DNA of 64,000 nucleotides from Salpingoeca rosetta (Eukaryota > Protista > Choanoflagellata). Both the position numbers and the translations under genes were made by a program. The DNA lies in NCBI GenBank assembly GCA_033442325.1, contig JAWQFM010000012.1, positions 755,526 to 819,525 on the forward strand, in the 5' to 3' direction. Below are positions 1-12,993 of this stretch, piece by piece; positions within the stretch are counted from its first letter, which is position 1; each line of letters starts with the position of its first letter. The notes beneath the pieces are model-generated. The model was not told the origin of the DNA and ran no database searches. It saw nothing but the letters and a program-made list of their open reading frames with translations.

Positions 1-166
1 CTTTCCCGCTCTCTCCCGCTCCGCCCGTCTCTCTGTCCCCCGTTGTGGTTGTTTGGTTTCCCTGGGCCGAATTATGCCACGTCCTCATTTCGCTGCATGT
101 CTGCCGCTCCATACCCCCCCCCCCCAATGTCTCTCCTCACCTTCATCCTTGTTCCACCCCACCTAG

Positions 167-1300
167 CATCCTGGAGTACTTTGGCCTGAGCGAGAGCGAC
201 CTGCCCGCCGTGCGCATCATCGATCTTGCCAACAACATGGCCAAGTATGCTCTCGAAGGCGACATCACCGCAGACTCCCTCCACGAGTTTGCATCCAACT
301 TCAAGAAGGGCTCCCTCAAGGTATATTTGCGGCGCCCAGACTCTCGCTTCTGTGCGCGCGCGTGTTTGCTTGCGTTTGTGTGTGTGTGTGTGTGTGTGTA
401 CATGTTACTGTTACTGCGTACTGCTTACTGCTTACTGCTTACTGCTCCTTGCCTTGATCGGTTCGCCTCTCCCTCCCTCCTCACACTTACCCCCCTGCAC
501 AACTTGTGCCCATGCCAACCCTGCACGGCAGCGCCACCTCATGTCTGAGGAGACGCCCGACGACTGGGACGCTGAGCCCGTGAAGGTGCTCACCGGCAAC
601 AACTTTGCCGACGTCGCCCTCGACAGCTCAAAGAACGTCTTTGTCGAATTCTGTACGTTGCAGCCAAAGTCACTCTCACACACATATTTGTGCATGCACG
701 CACCCCGTTTGTTCCATGCCATGCCTGCACGCAATCCACGAAAGACACCTGCAGCACGTGCCTAACCACACACACACACACACTCACTCACTCACTCACA
801 CGCACACACGCACATGCACACACGCACTCACGCACTCTTCCTTCACGCACTCTTCCTTCACGCACATGCACACACTCATGCACTCATACACACGCTCTCA
901 CACTTTTCCTTCACACCCTCTTCCCTGTGCTTGTGCAGATGCGCCGTGGTGCGGCCACTGCAAGCAGCTTGCTCCCATCTGGGACAAGCTTGGCGAGAAG
1001 TTTGAGGGCGTGGACAACGTTGTGATTGCCAAGCTGGACGCCACCGCCAACGAGCTGGCAGACATTGTTGTGGAGAGCTTCCCCACGCTGAAGCTGTTCC
1101 CTGCAGACTCGCAGGAGGCCGTCGACTACGAGGGCGGGCGCACGCTCAAGGAGCTTGTTGCCTTTGTCAACGACAACGCCGCCGCGAGTGTGGAGGTGAC
1201 TGCGGAGGACGAGGCTGCAGCCGGCGAGGGCGGCTACGACTACGGCGAGGAGCCCGAGTACGAGGACTACACCGAGGGCACTGGCCACGACGAGCTCTGA
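167..1300 (+). CDS. PDI: Protein disulfide-isomerase, 3' part (5' end outside window); exons 167-320, 532-652, 939-1300
   Basis: Spliced product ILEYFGL...[39 protein letters not shown]...[11 protein letters not shown]; thioredoxin WCGHC site; acidic tail ending HDEL-stop; GT-AG phases consistent. Confidence 0.95.
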
Positions 1301-2229
1301 GCCCCACCCACACGAAGCGCACCCATTGTGTTGCTCCCCTCCCAACACACATGGTCCTCTGTTTCTCTGTTTGTCTCGCTCTCTCACAACTTCCTCACAA
1401 CTCTCTCACTCTCACACACACACTCTCACAATTCACATGTGCGCGTACACACATTGTTTCTTACCTTGCCTGCCCCAGTATTGTTTGTCACAGTACATTC
1501 CCCCCCCCCTTGGGCGGTTTTGTCGTGTTTTCGTTGTTTCGTGCACGTGCCTGTACGTGTGCGGTGGCGTGGCTGTTATGTCGTGTGGATTGGATTCTGT
1601 GCTGCTTTGCTTTGTCGTTAGCCTTGGGGAGACCTTGTCCTCCCAGCCAGGCACATCATCCATCCATCACGCCTGCCCTCGCGTTTTCCCCGTGTCAGTA
1701 CATGTGTGTGTGGTATGGCATTGCGTTTACAGAACTCTGCAAGTGTGCGTATGTAGGAGCAAAAGTGTGGGATGAGCACAAAGTGTGGGTGTAGGAAGGG
1801 CGGCGAGGCAAGTCATGTGGCACACAAGGCTTGGCGGTTGGAGATGTGCGTGTATGTGTGTGTGTTCTGAATACATTCACACTGTTCACTCTTGTTTCGA
1901 CACGATGGCTGATGGGAACAACAAAAGCAAATAGGGGGATGGCATGATGCCATGAATAAAACAGCGAGGTGGCAATGCTGCTAAAACCAAGGCGGCGGGG
2001 GTTGATGCCGCTTCCAGGAATGAGCGCAAATCATGAGAAGTGCATGTGTGTCGTGTGTGTGTGTGTGCATGTGTGTCTCGGTTGCCTTGTTTTCTTCCCA
2101 TCTCTCTCTCCCCTCCCCCTCCCCCCTCTCTCCCCCCCTCTCTCTTTCTCCCACACGCGCACACTCCCGACATGTACTCTGCCTCGCTCTCTGTCCCTGT
2201 CCCTGAATGCAAATTGTGCATCTGTGTGT

Positions 2230-2466
2230 TTAAGTTTCCAGCTCAGCGCGGTTGATGCTGCGGGTGAGCTGCTGCACCCATTCCGAGGCCGCCTCGGGCG
2301 TGGGCGCCACAAACGAGTACACGCGCTCGTCTGTTGTCAGCGAAAACCGGGTTGGTTCCGCCGCATCCCAGTCCACGCTGACGCCCTCCCGAATGTTCAC
2401 CCATCCAATCGCTTTCTCTGTTGGTGCGCACATGACAAGGCGTGTGTGTGTGAGTGAGCGAGGGAG

Positions 2467-2504
<38 letters not shown>

Positions 2505-3540
2505 TGTGTGTATGTGTATGTGTATGCATGTGTATGTGTATGTGTATGTGTATGTGTGTGTGAATGAAGAGAAAGGCAGAAAACAACAGTGGGAGAGGAG
2601 GTGCACGAGAGGCTCGACTCAGTGGGGGAGCATGGGAGTGAATGGCATCTATTCCTTGTTCATGGAATCACACAGCCTTCGCCAAGGCGACATGCTCGCG
2701 TTTGTCCAACAACAAAGGTTAGAGGGTCATGGCGTACCTTTGCCTGTGATGGTTTGGAAAGGATAGTACTTGAGCACGGTGTCCCGCAATACAAACCACC
2801 TACATGATGATTGTGTATATATGCGTGCGTTTGAGTGAGCAGTGAGAACAGAGGTTCAAGCCAGTCAACACAGGCGCACTGCTCGCACAGTGACGCATTG
2901 CTCGCAAAACCACATACACACGCTGGATCACACGAGACGCACAAATGCGCAGATACACGAATGCGCATTGCAGCACACGCGCACATACCTCGACTTCCAG
3001 TTCTTGCGTGCAAACAGGCTGCCTTGGTGTCTGCCACGCTGGACCTTGCCCCCGCCTTTCTTCTTCAGCCACCCCATTTTGAAAATGCGTGTGTCGATGG
3101 GCGCCTCCGATTCCAACGGCTCCTCTTGCTGCTCTCCAAATGCGCACAAAAGGTGTTCGAAATTAGAAAAGCGAGGGGGAGGGTGGGATTCGGGGTGCAT
3201 GAGTTGGAGTGGCACGGCGAAACAAACTGGATGCGTGGCAGTGCACACACACACGCACATGTAAGTGCAGGCGAGCCACGCAAGAACAACCACAAACAAA
3301 AAGTGCAGGCGGCCATATAACAATGTAATTTAACATCACACAACCCATTCACATCCACACACCCACCCACACACCACACCCACACACACACACACCCACA
3401 CCCAACAAGACACACACCTCTTGAAAGTGCTCCTCGTCGGAATCCAGGCCGTCAAACCCTTTCAACTCCTCCACTTCATCTTCTTCCCCTTGTTGCTGCT
3501 GCTCTGCAGCTTGTTTCACTACCACCTCCTCGTCCGCCAT
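2230..3540 (-). CDS. Small PH-domain protein (acidic N-terminus + one PH domain), about 4 exons
   Basis: Spliced MADEEVV...KMGWLKKKGG...KNWKSR-WFVLRDTVLKYY...KAIGWVNI...RVYSFVAPTPEAASEWVQQL; classic PH signature; stop TAA at 2230-2232. Confidence 0.85.
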
Positions 3541-3746
3541 CGCCTTTGTTGTTCGTTGTTGGTTGTTGTGTTGAGGTGGACTCAGTTGAAGAAATGTATC
3601 TGGTATCTTTAACAAATTTCCCAACTGCTTTGGCGCACTGCGTTTCCGTTTCTGTTTCCGTTTCCGTTTCCCTTCCTGCTCGCACCTGGCTCGACTTCCA
3701 CAAGCCCCTCGCCTGCATCGAGCCATCAACCTACGCCGCTGTTGTC

Positions 3747-5470
3747 ATGCTGTGGCTCTGGCGTCGAAGACGACGTGAGTACAGCTGACCACACCCTGCC
3801 TTTCGTATGTATGCGTCTGCTGCATTTGCTGCCCTCGTGTGGCGACTCAAAAGCCCACACAAACACACACACACACACACACACACCAGCATCTCGTGCC
3901 TGCATGCAACCAGCGTGTGAACTGCACATCGCTCCAACCATCGGCAGCGGCCTCACCACTCACCCAATCTTTCTGCGATTGTATCTCATCATGTTGCTCC
4001 TCTCAAGGGGACTCAGTGTACCTCTGGCTGCTCGTGGCAGCGGCAGTCTTCATCTACGGCACGTACCACCTTCGCACTGCAGGTACAAGAGTAAAAGACT
4101 GCCTGTGGAGTCTAGAGCATGCAGAGCGCCGAAGATCGTCAATGGAGAGCGAGAGAGAGTGGAAGGCCAAGAGACGGTCTTTGGCTGTGAGTCAGTTGAG
4201 CGCGACGGTGGCGTGCAACAGGCGTTCCAGCTGGTACCCATGATCCCGCGTCCATGGTTTATTTCGTGCATTACTGGTGCTTGCATGCAAGCACATCATC
4301 GCCAGTGACCGCATCACACACGCATGTACACACACATGCGCACACACACATGCACACACATACATACACACACGCGCATACACACACGCATACACGCACA
4401 CACGCACATGCACGCACACACTCACACGCTCACACGCTCACACACATGCATGCACACACACACACACACACACATCGCAACTGCAGACGACGAGGGCCTG
4501 GCGTCCACGGTCAAGCACGCCCCGCATGTCCGTGATCCTGCGAGGAAGCGAGATGACCACGCTTTTCAAGCTGCCCCTCCCCTTGGGGGCATACCTGCTG
4601 CCAACGTGCATGCGAGTCCGAGCAACGCCAACTCCAACTCGCCGTCACCGCCATCGTCAGCGTGGTCACATAACCGTGAGCAACGGCAATCGAGCGGCCG
4701 AACCCTAAACCTCTTCCTCGTCCCGACAGACCATCACGACTTTGGCCGGCTGCCGCAGTGGGAGAAGGATGCCTTTGCGTCCGTGTCCCAGCTCTCACAG
4801 TGCGCATTCGCCGATATGGATGTGAGACTCACGGTGGTGGCGCCCACATCAGAGCTGCAAGGCACGGAACTGACGTTCACGCGCAAGCACATCGCCAGCG
4901 CGTGGAAGAACAAGGGCGCTTTCGACTTGGTCGTGCCAACACCCTCGGATCGCGGTGACAAGGACTTGTTTCCATGGGCTCACGTGCACCCAACAAACAC
5001 TCGTGCTGCTGATGGCAGCAGCGGACGCGACGAAGACACACATGACCCACGATCCAGGTCGGGCGGGGCGCATGCGCAATCCAACAGCAACGGCGCCGGC
5101 AGCACCAATACAACGACTGCAGCAACGGTGCTGCTGGACATTGGGGAGATTTCGGGCTTGACATGCGCGTTTGCCGACTGGGCGTTTGTTGTCAGTGACG
5201 AGCTGCAGGGCCGACGAGGCGTGGCAGGTGCTGCGCTTGCGCCCGCCACCATGTTGCAGCAACACACGCAAAACATCGTGCCATATTCCCAGCCTTTCAT
5301 GCACATGCACCCTGGCGCGGGCGCATACGTGCCTGTGCCGCACGTGTGGCGGTCGTTTCTGCGCTGGGCGAGCCGGCGTCCGCAGCAGGAAAGCCTTCGC
5401 GCCTTACACCAGCGCCTACAGACTGCTGCTGAGCTCCTTGGCTTTCTGTCATCCAAGACCCAGCAACAAG

Positions 5471-5513
<43 letters not shown>

Positions 5514-7700
5514 AGAAGGTGTGTGGGGGATCTTCTTTCCACAAGTGGCATCGGCATGGCGGCAGCGGGGCCATCGCGCCCCGGAGGGCGAGGAAGTGAC
5601 GCTGCCTCGATCTTGGGCAGTGTGGCTGGCTGCATATTGCCTCCAAGAGCAGCTGTACTCGTACTACTTGCCGGCCCAGCTGCATCTCATGACACTTCAG
5701 CAGGATGCATGGCACCGTAGCGGTGCTGCCGATGCACGTACACGAGCCAGCCAGGCGTTTGGGTTGGCAGCAGCACGGCAGCAACAGCACAAGCACTTTC
5801 GCAGTGAGCCGTTCCAAGTTTCGTCGCCGTCGTCATGGAAGCACAGCACGCTCTTCCCAGATGCCTTCCACTATCTTAACTGGGACAATGCAGTCGTGCC
5901 CGTGTGTGCTTCGTCACCGTGTGCACACGGCCGCCTGTGCATTGACCACGACAATGGCTTTGTCTGCTGTTCCCCGGATGACCCAGCTTGCCACCAAGGC
6001 CGCGGATCGCCGGCGTTGCTCGTGCGTGTGTTGGCACCTTGCTCACACCCAGGCGAGCGTCTCGCACGCACTCTCGCGCACTTGGCGGCAGCGGAGAAAG
6101 CGCTGTCGAGCCCACACGCCGCGAATGCAGCTGGTGCCGACACACAGCTGTATCGCAACCCGCCCGTGTACCTTGAGATTGTCATCACCACCACACCCGA
6201 TGACGCTGAGGAGGACAATGATGCCGCTGACTCATCGCTGTCGCCCCTCGCGTCGTCAGCGTGCCGGGACGTGCTGCAGGTGGCCGATGGCTGGCAGTGG
6301 CCGTATGGGCGGCGAACGGTGCAGCACATGCACACCACCCACAGCATCAGCACCAGCAGTGTCCTGGAACACTCGCTCGCCACGCAGTCGCTCGTCAAGC
6401 AGGTGTGGGCAGCACCTCACCCACACACCCCAGGCGGTGCCCCAGCACACGTCCTCATGGTGGAAGCCGGCTTCCAGCCCTCGCATGTGTACCACGTGTG
6501 GCTGCAGTCCGTACTGCAGCAGTACCCAGTTGCCTCGTTGCCCAACCTTGGAGGCGTTGTGCTCCTGCCCACCGCGGCTATTGCCAGCGCACGCGCTCGC
6601 AATGATGAAGTGGAAGGCGGTGACAGCAGCCATCGGGCGGGCAGCGAAAAGACCGACGCTGGTGCTGTGAGCGCTGTCCTGGCGGCGGATGTGGGGAGAG
6701 GGGCGTTGCTGCTGTTGTCGAAGCACCGCCCAGCGTTTGCGGAATGGATTGGTGATGTTGCATCACACCGGCTCTTGGACACAGGCCGCTTGCGCGGCGG
6801 GAAAGATGCGCAGGGCAGACGCTTGCCTGCAGGCACGTGGCAGCTGTTTTCCGCATACGCTGCACTGTTTGCACAGGACAATGCCCTCTTCTTTCTGCAG
6901 CCTGATGGGCATGCCCTGGGCAGCTACGTTGGGGCAGAGCGGAGTGATGTGGCGGGTGCCGCGTCACGCGTGAAGTTGCCGCCACTGTTTGCTTTACCAG
7001 CCGTGGATGAGCAAGGGCAGGTGATTCCCATGTGCCACAACATCGAGTGCCCTGCGAAGACGGTGTGTGTTGACTCACTGCAGGGCGCCGTGTGCATGTG
7101 TGAGAGCCATGACTCGTGTGGCTTGTTCGAGCGGGAGGACCGACGAGAACAGCCGCGAGAGCAGCAGCAACAACAACCCCCACCTGGCAATGTGGGCGCT
7201 CGACAGCAGCCACCACATCAGCATGGCCAGCAGCAGCAGCAGCAGCAGCAGGAGCATGATGAGGAGGAGGAGGAAGAAGAGGTTCAGCGCGCTGTTGCGC
7301 GTGGGCCGCGCCTGTTCAGCGACGAGGCGACCGTTGCAGCCGTTGTGAAGAGCAACGCACGTGATGGCACGATTATTCTGCTCACCACCAGCAGCGGGTT
7401 CATGGACTTTTTCCTGAATTGGCGGGAAAGCGCCCGGCGCGTGGGCATCACCAACTACATGGTGCTGGCAGAGGATTTGTCGTGCTACGAGCAGCTGGAG
7501 GCCATTGACCCGGGCAAGGCTGTGCTGTCATCGGTTCGCATTGTCAAGGCAAGCGACACCGATGCGCAGATTGGAAAGGACAAGACAGGCTTCTCCTACG
7601 CTTCCAAGCAGTACAACGAAAGTGAGAGAGAGTGTGTGTATGTGTGCGTTTGTGTGTTTTTGTGTGTTTGTGTGTGTGTGTGTGTTTGTGTGCGTGTGTT

Positions 7701-7771
<71 letters not shown>

Positions 7772-8633
7772 CTGAGTGAGTGTGTTTGCGTGTGAGTGTA
7801 AGTTTGTGTGCGCGTCATGGTTGAAACGGACTGACTGCTGCGGCTTTGCGCTTGTCGTTAAACGCCACGCAAGCTCACGCAACACTCCCTGCTCACCTGC
7901 TCACCTGCTTACCTCTTCACGTACTTGCAGTTGTCAGCCGGCGCCCCACATATATTGGGCGACTGCTGCGCATGGGGTACAATGTGCTGTACACAGACAC
8001 TGACACGGTGTGGCTCGAAAACCCGTTTCAGCATTTCCCACCAGACTACGACATGTACATCCAAAGTGACAAAGAAGGTGCGTATGTGCGTGTATGTGTT
8101 GCGTGCGCGTGTATGGCAAGGCTTTGCCTGCAAGGATTCGTCAACGCCTGTCGCGTGTTTGTGTTGTTTTGCTCTTGCTCTTGCTATCTTCTTATCTTGT
8201 GACGTTCATCACTCCTCACACGAGCCATACATCGCAGCATACGTGCACACATGCTCTGATGGCTCACATCACCCCACTCGTTCGATTTCTTCTGTCTGTC
8301 TCTCCCCCCCTGTTCTCGATGCATCTGTCTCTGTCTGTTTGTCTTGTTGCCAGATGAGACGTTTGATCCGTGGCACATGTTGTGCACGGGGTTCATGTTT
8401 ATGCGTGCGGGCACGGGGATGATTCAGTTTATGGACGATTGGCGAACAGCATTGCAAGAAGCCCAAGGAAAGTTTGTGAACCAATACATCTTCAACGACC
8501 TCTTCCAAAGCAGGTACGTAAGTGCGCAAGAAGTGCGCAATTGCAAAGGTGCATGAATGCTTCTGACATGTCAGTGTGCTAATATTTGCCCTCGCGTCAA
8601 CACCTACACACACACACACACACACACACACAT

Positions 8634-8706
<73 letters not shown>

Positions 8707-8969
8707 GGTACCGGGCAAAGCTACGCGTTTATGTGCTGCCAGATATGAAGTTCCCCTCTGGCGCGCTATTCTTCAACCGGGCGTGGCGTGAGAAGCAGCC
8801 GTCGCCACCAGCTGTTGTGCACAACAACTTCATTGTCGGGCCAGACAGCAAGCGCAGGCGCTTTCGTGCTCGCGGCCTCTGGTTTGTCGACGACACAGTT
8901 CAGAATGGCAAGGACAATGACAATGGTGGTCGTGGCACGGGTGGTGGTGGACGGGCGGAGTTTCGGTGA
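3747..8969 (+). CDS. Type II membrane glycosyltransferase with C-terminal nucleotide-diphospho-sugar transferase (GT77-like) domain, two Cys-rich modules and a degenerate GT-A-like domain; exons about 3747-3774, 4008-4082, 4487-7621, 7931-8077, 8354-8513, 8708-8969
   Basis: N-terminus MLWLWRRRRRDSVYLWLLVAAAVFIYG (basic + TM signal anchor); GYNVLYTDTDTVWLENPF DxD motif; LCTGFMFMRA; VVHNNFIVGPDSKRRRFRARGLW typical of this family. Confidence 0.85.
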
Positions 8970-9366
8970 TGATGGGTGAGCTAAGGACAGTGGAGGTGAA
9001 GGGAAAGGTAAGTAGAGACAGGCGGTAGGGGTGGTAGTGAAGTGTGACAACAGGCGAGGCAGAAGTGGGACACTAATATTGTGGTTTCAGCGCGCTCCGC
9101 TCATTTGCTTGCAAGCAGCAATGGTGCATTTAATGCCGTAGTTTGTACAGTGCAATATGTGATGCAAAGCACGCGTTTTGTGTACATATGAACACAATTA
9201 ATGAACAGCGAGCCTGGCCGGCAGCAGTGGTGCACATGTGGGCAAACTAAAAGAGGAGACGAGAGGAGAGGAGAGGAAGGGCAGGAAAGGTGTTGGGGTG
9301 AACAAAGGAGAGGCTGAGAGGTGATGACAGGAGAACAACGATTACCACGTGACCCGTTAAACATTC

Positions 9367-9415
<49 letters not shown>

Positions 9416-10049
9416 GGTACCGGGCAAAGCTACGCGTTTATGTGCTGCCAGATATGAAGTTCCCCTCTGGCGCGCTATTCTTCAACCGGGCGTGGCGTGA
9501 GAAGCAGCCGTCGCCACCAGCTGTTGTGCACAACAACTTCATTGTCGGGCCAGACAGCAAGCGCAGGCGCTTTCGTGCTCGCGGCCTCTGGTTTGTCGAC
9601 GACACAGTTCAGAATGGCAAGGACAATGACAATGGTGGTCGTGGCACGGGTGGTGGTGGACGGGCGGAGTTTCGGTGATGATGGGTGAGCTAAGGACAGT
9701 GGAGGTGAAGGGAAAGGTAAGTAGAGACAGGCGGTAGGGGTGGTAGTGAAGTGTGACAACAGGCGAGGCAGAAGTGGGACACTAATATTGTGGTTTCAGC
9801 GCGCTCCGCTCATTTGCTTGCAAGCAGCAATGGTGCATTTAATGCCGTAGTTTGTACAGTGCAATATGTGATGCAAAGCACGCGTTTGTGTACATATGAA
9901 CAACAATTAATGAACAGCGAGCCTGGCCGGCAGCAGTGGTGCACATGTGGGCAAACTAAAAGAGGAGACGAGAGGAGAGGAGAGGAAGGGCAGGGAAGGT
10001 GTTGGGGTGAACAAAGGAGAGGCTGAGAGGTGATGACAGGAGAACAACG
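8604..10049 (+). repeat. 709-bp direct tandem duplication of the last glycosyltransferase exon and 3' region (second exon copy 9417-9678)
   Basis: 8708-9340 and 9417-10049 are nearly identical (3 differences seen), each preceded by a (CA)n tract. Confidence 0.9.
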
Positions 10050-10357
10050 GAAGAAAGATGTGAGGGATTTGGTGTGGAGGCGGACAGTGAGCGCTGCGTG
10101 TGTGAGCGTCATGTAATGCGCGTGCGAGAGAGAGGGGGGGGGGGGTGGGGTGAAACAGAGGATGCATCCTAACGTAACAAACGCTGCTTTGTGAAGAGTT
10201 AAACTGAGAACGGTGACGCGAGGAGAGAGCAAAGTGAAGATGCTTAGTTACAACCAAAGGAGAAGAGGAAGGCGAAAAAAGTACGCACGCACATGTGTGT
10301 GCATGTGCGTGTTTGGTTGCGATAAAGCTGCGTCTAACTAGAAAGAACCGGCTGATT

Positions 10358-10517
10358 TCACGTGCATCTGAAGAGCAGAGCCGAAGAGAGGGAAGGGGGA
10401 GTTGATGGCGGACAGTGAGCTGTTGCATGGGTACACTGCAGATGCGTAAAGCAACAGGGGCACGCCGACACACACATAGGAACACCGCAACACAGCTACA
10501 CACACACAACTACACAG

Positions 10518-10568
<51 letters not shown>

Positions 10569-10643
10569 CATACACAGCTACACACACCCAGACAAACAGA
10601 AAGACACACGCCCACACGCACACACACGCACAGCTACAGACAT

Positions 10644-10681
<38 letters not shown>

Positions 10682-12122
10682 CGCACCTTGTGGCGACGTG
10701 GTGCTTCTCGCATTTGAGGGAGCAGTACTTTGCACCGCAGGCGATGCACGTGTACTTGGCCATGAACCCGCACACAGCGCATATGGGGCGGGGAGGAACA
10801 CGCGCACGCGGCGCCTGTGCGCGCAGATATGCGCACAGCAGCGGGGCCTGGGGTGCAGTGTGCTCGTGGTCACGGCTCTTTCCACGCGGGGTTGACGATG
10901 AAGATGGCGATGTGATGGCGGTGATGGTGGTACGACTGCCTTTCCTGCTGCTGTTGCCACTGCTCGCCTTGGCTGGCGTGTGTGCCCCGCTCCCCGTCTT
11001 GCTACCAGCAGCAGCAGTAGTGGCAGTACCAGCGGTGGTTGCACTTGTGGATGACGTGGAGGATGATGATGAGATGGCGGATCGACGGCCCTTCTTGGCG
11101 GGTCGGCGTCGCTTGGCTGCGCTGCCCGGGGCGGAGGCCGCCTTCTGCTGCGCTTTGGATCGCTTTGGCGGCTGGCTGCCGTCCTCTGTCAACTCGTCGG
11201 CTTGGCTCAACTCTGCCCCATGCTGCAACTGTTCGTCCCGTAACCTCTCTTGCTGTCATGACGCGTACACAGAGGGTGAGATGTTGAGGTGTGTGTGGGT
11301 GTGCGTGTGTGAGTGTGTGTATGTGAGTGTGTGTACGTGAGTGTGAGTGTGCGTGTGTGTGTGAGTGTATGTGAGTGCATGTGAGTGTGTGTGTGCGCAC
11401 GCACCCGTGCGTGCATGAGAGTGTGGACATGGGAGGTTGCTGAAGGGTGAGCTGGGTTTGTGCAAGGCCAAATACAGCACGCGGGTCACGCACCTCGTCC
11501 GCAATCAGTGTGCTTAGGCTCAGCCGCGCTCGGTACTGCAATCCACAAAACGGCAAGGGAAGAAGCGTGAGGTCGACACAGAAGAGCGAGTATGCGTTCG
11601 CAAGTGGGTGCGAAGACCAAGCCAAGACAAAGCTGGCGCGTGCTCCTCTCTCCTCCTCTCTTTCTCTCTCTCTCTCTCTCGACAATGATGCAGCACTAAC
11701 AAAGGATGGCTCGCGCCGTCTTCTGTGGCCAGAGAGCTTGTGCTTCTTTGTTGTGTGCGATGACTTTGGAGGGTTGTCCACTGCAAGCCCAAGACACAAC
11801 CACAAACGGAGAAAGGTGTCGACGTGAGAGGCAAGAGAGCCAAGGTGGTCGAAAAACGGAGGCAAATGGAACCGGAGATCACTAGCTGTGGTACAGGCAG
11901 CCGTGTTGCACTGCAACACGCAGAGACACACGCACACGCACAGCCACCACTGCCTCACTCACTACTGCCAAGCAGCGACTTACGCATGGGAATGTCTGGG
12001 CGTTGCAAGGAGCAGTTTTCGTGAAGGGCATCGAGGTAGTGCTTCCGTCTTCGTTGCCGTGCTACTTGGTCCAATATCCGTCTCCCAAGCCTTCGGGAAG
12101 ACACAGATGTCTTGCCTTTCAT
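10358..12122 (-). CDS. ZNHIT1: Zinc finger HIT domain protein 1 (SWR1/SRCAP subunit Vps71/Swc6)
   Basis: Exon 1 MKGK...RRILDQVARQRRRKHYLDAL resembles ZNHIT1 RVLDRAARQRR; C-terminal YLRAQAP...PPRPICAVCGFMAKYTCIACGAKYCSLKCEKHHVATR-CT* is a zf-HIT; last micro-exon 10367-10358. Confidence 0.9.
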
Positions 12123-12479
12123 CGTCACCGTCGTTCCTACAGTTGCTTATCGCATTCACCAATCGCGCAGCAGACTGACTGATGTGAAAAGGAAGAAAAA
12201 GAAAAGAGAGGGAGGGAGAGGGGGATGCCTATGTGTCTGCGCGTGCCTGTTGATGTCTAGATGCGCGTGCGTGTGGATAACTGTGCCTGTGGCTGTGCTC
12301 ACCCACAACAACGACTGCAACCACGAACCACCACGTGGCAATCAACAATAAGGGTGCAGCAAGGAACCGCAAGCCAAGAAGAAGGGTGCACAACAGCAGC
12401 AGCAGCCCAACTGCAGGCGTTCGCTTGCGTTGGTTTGAGCGCGGTTGTGGAAAACTGGGCATATCTTACAACGAAAATC

Positions 12480-12910
12480 ATGTCGGAAGGACGTTTGAAC
12501 TTGAGGTGAGCCAGCGAGTTGGAGAGTGGTGATGTGGGCTGGTGTTGGCAGTGGTGGTGGCTGGCTTGCCAATGCTTGGTGACAGCAGTGTGTGTGTGTG
12601 TGTGTGTGTGTCGGTGTGTATTGTGGTGGCTCATTGGTGGATCGTGTGTGGTTGCGAGCTTATAGACAAGCCGTGGACCGGCTTCGCGGGTTTGGGTTCC
12701 CGAGCGAGGAAAACGCCACGGCGCTGACGGATGAGCTGCGTTACATCACGGAGCTTGTGGTGTGGGGTGACAAGCATGATCCAGAGGTCTTTGAAACCTT
12801 TATGGAGTATGACCTCCTCGGCATCATCCGCGACATGATGGACCCTGCCATCGATCGCGTGCACGTGAGTCCAACCCTGAGATCGAGTGTGTATGCGCGA
12901 GCGAGCGAGC

Positions 12911-12993
<83 letters not shown>

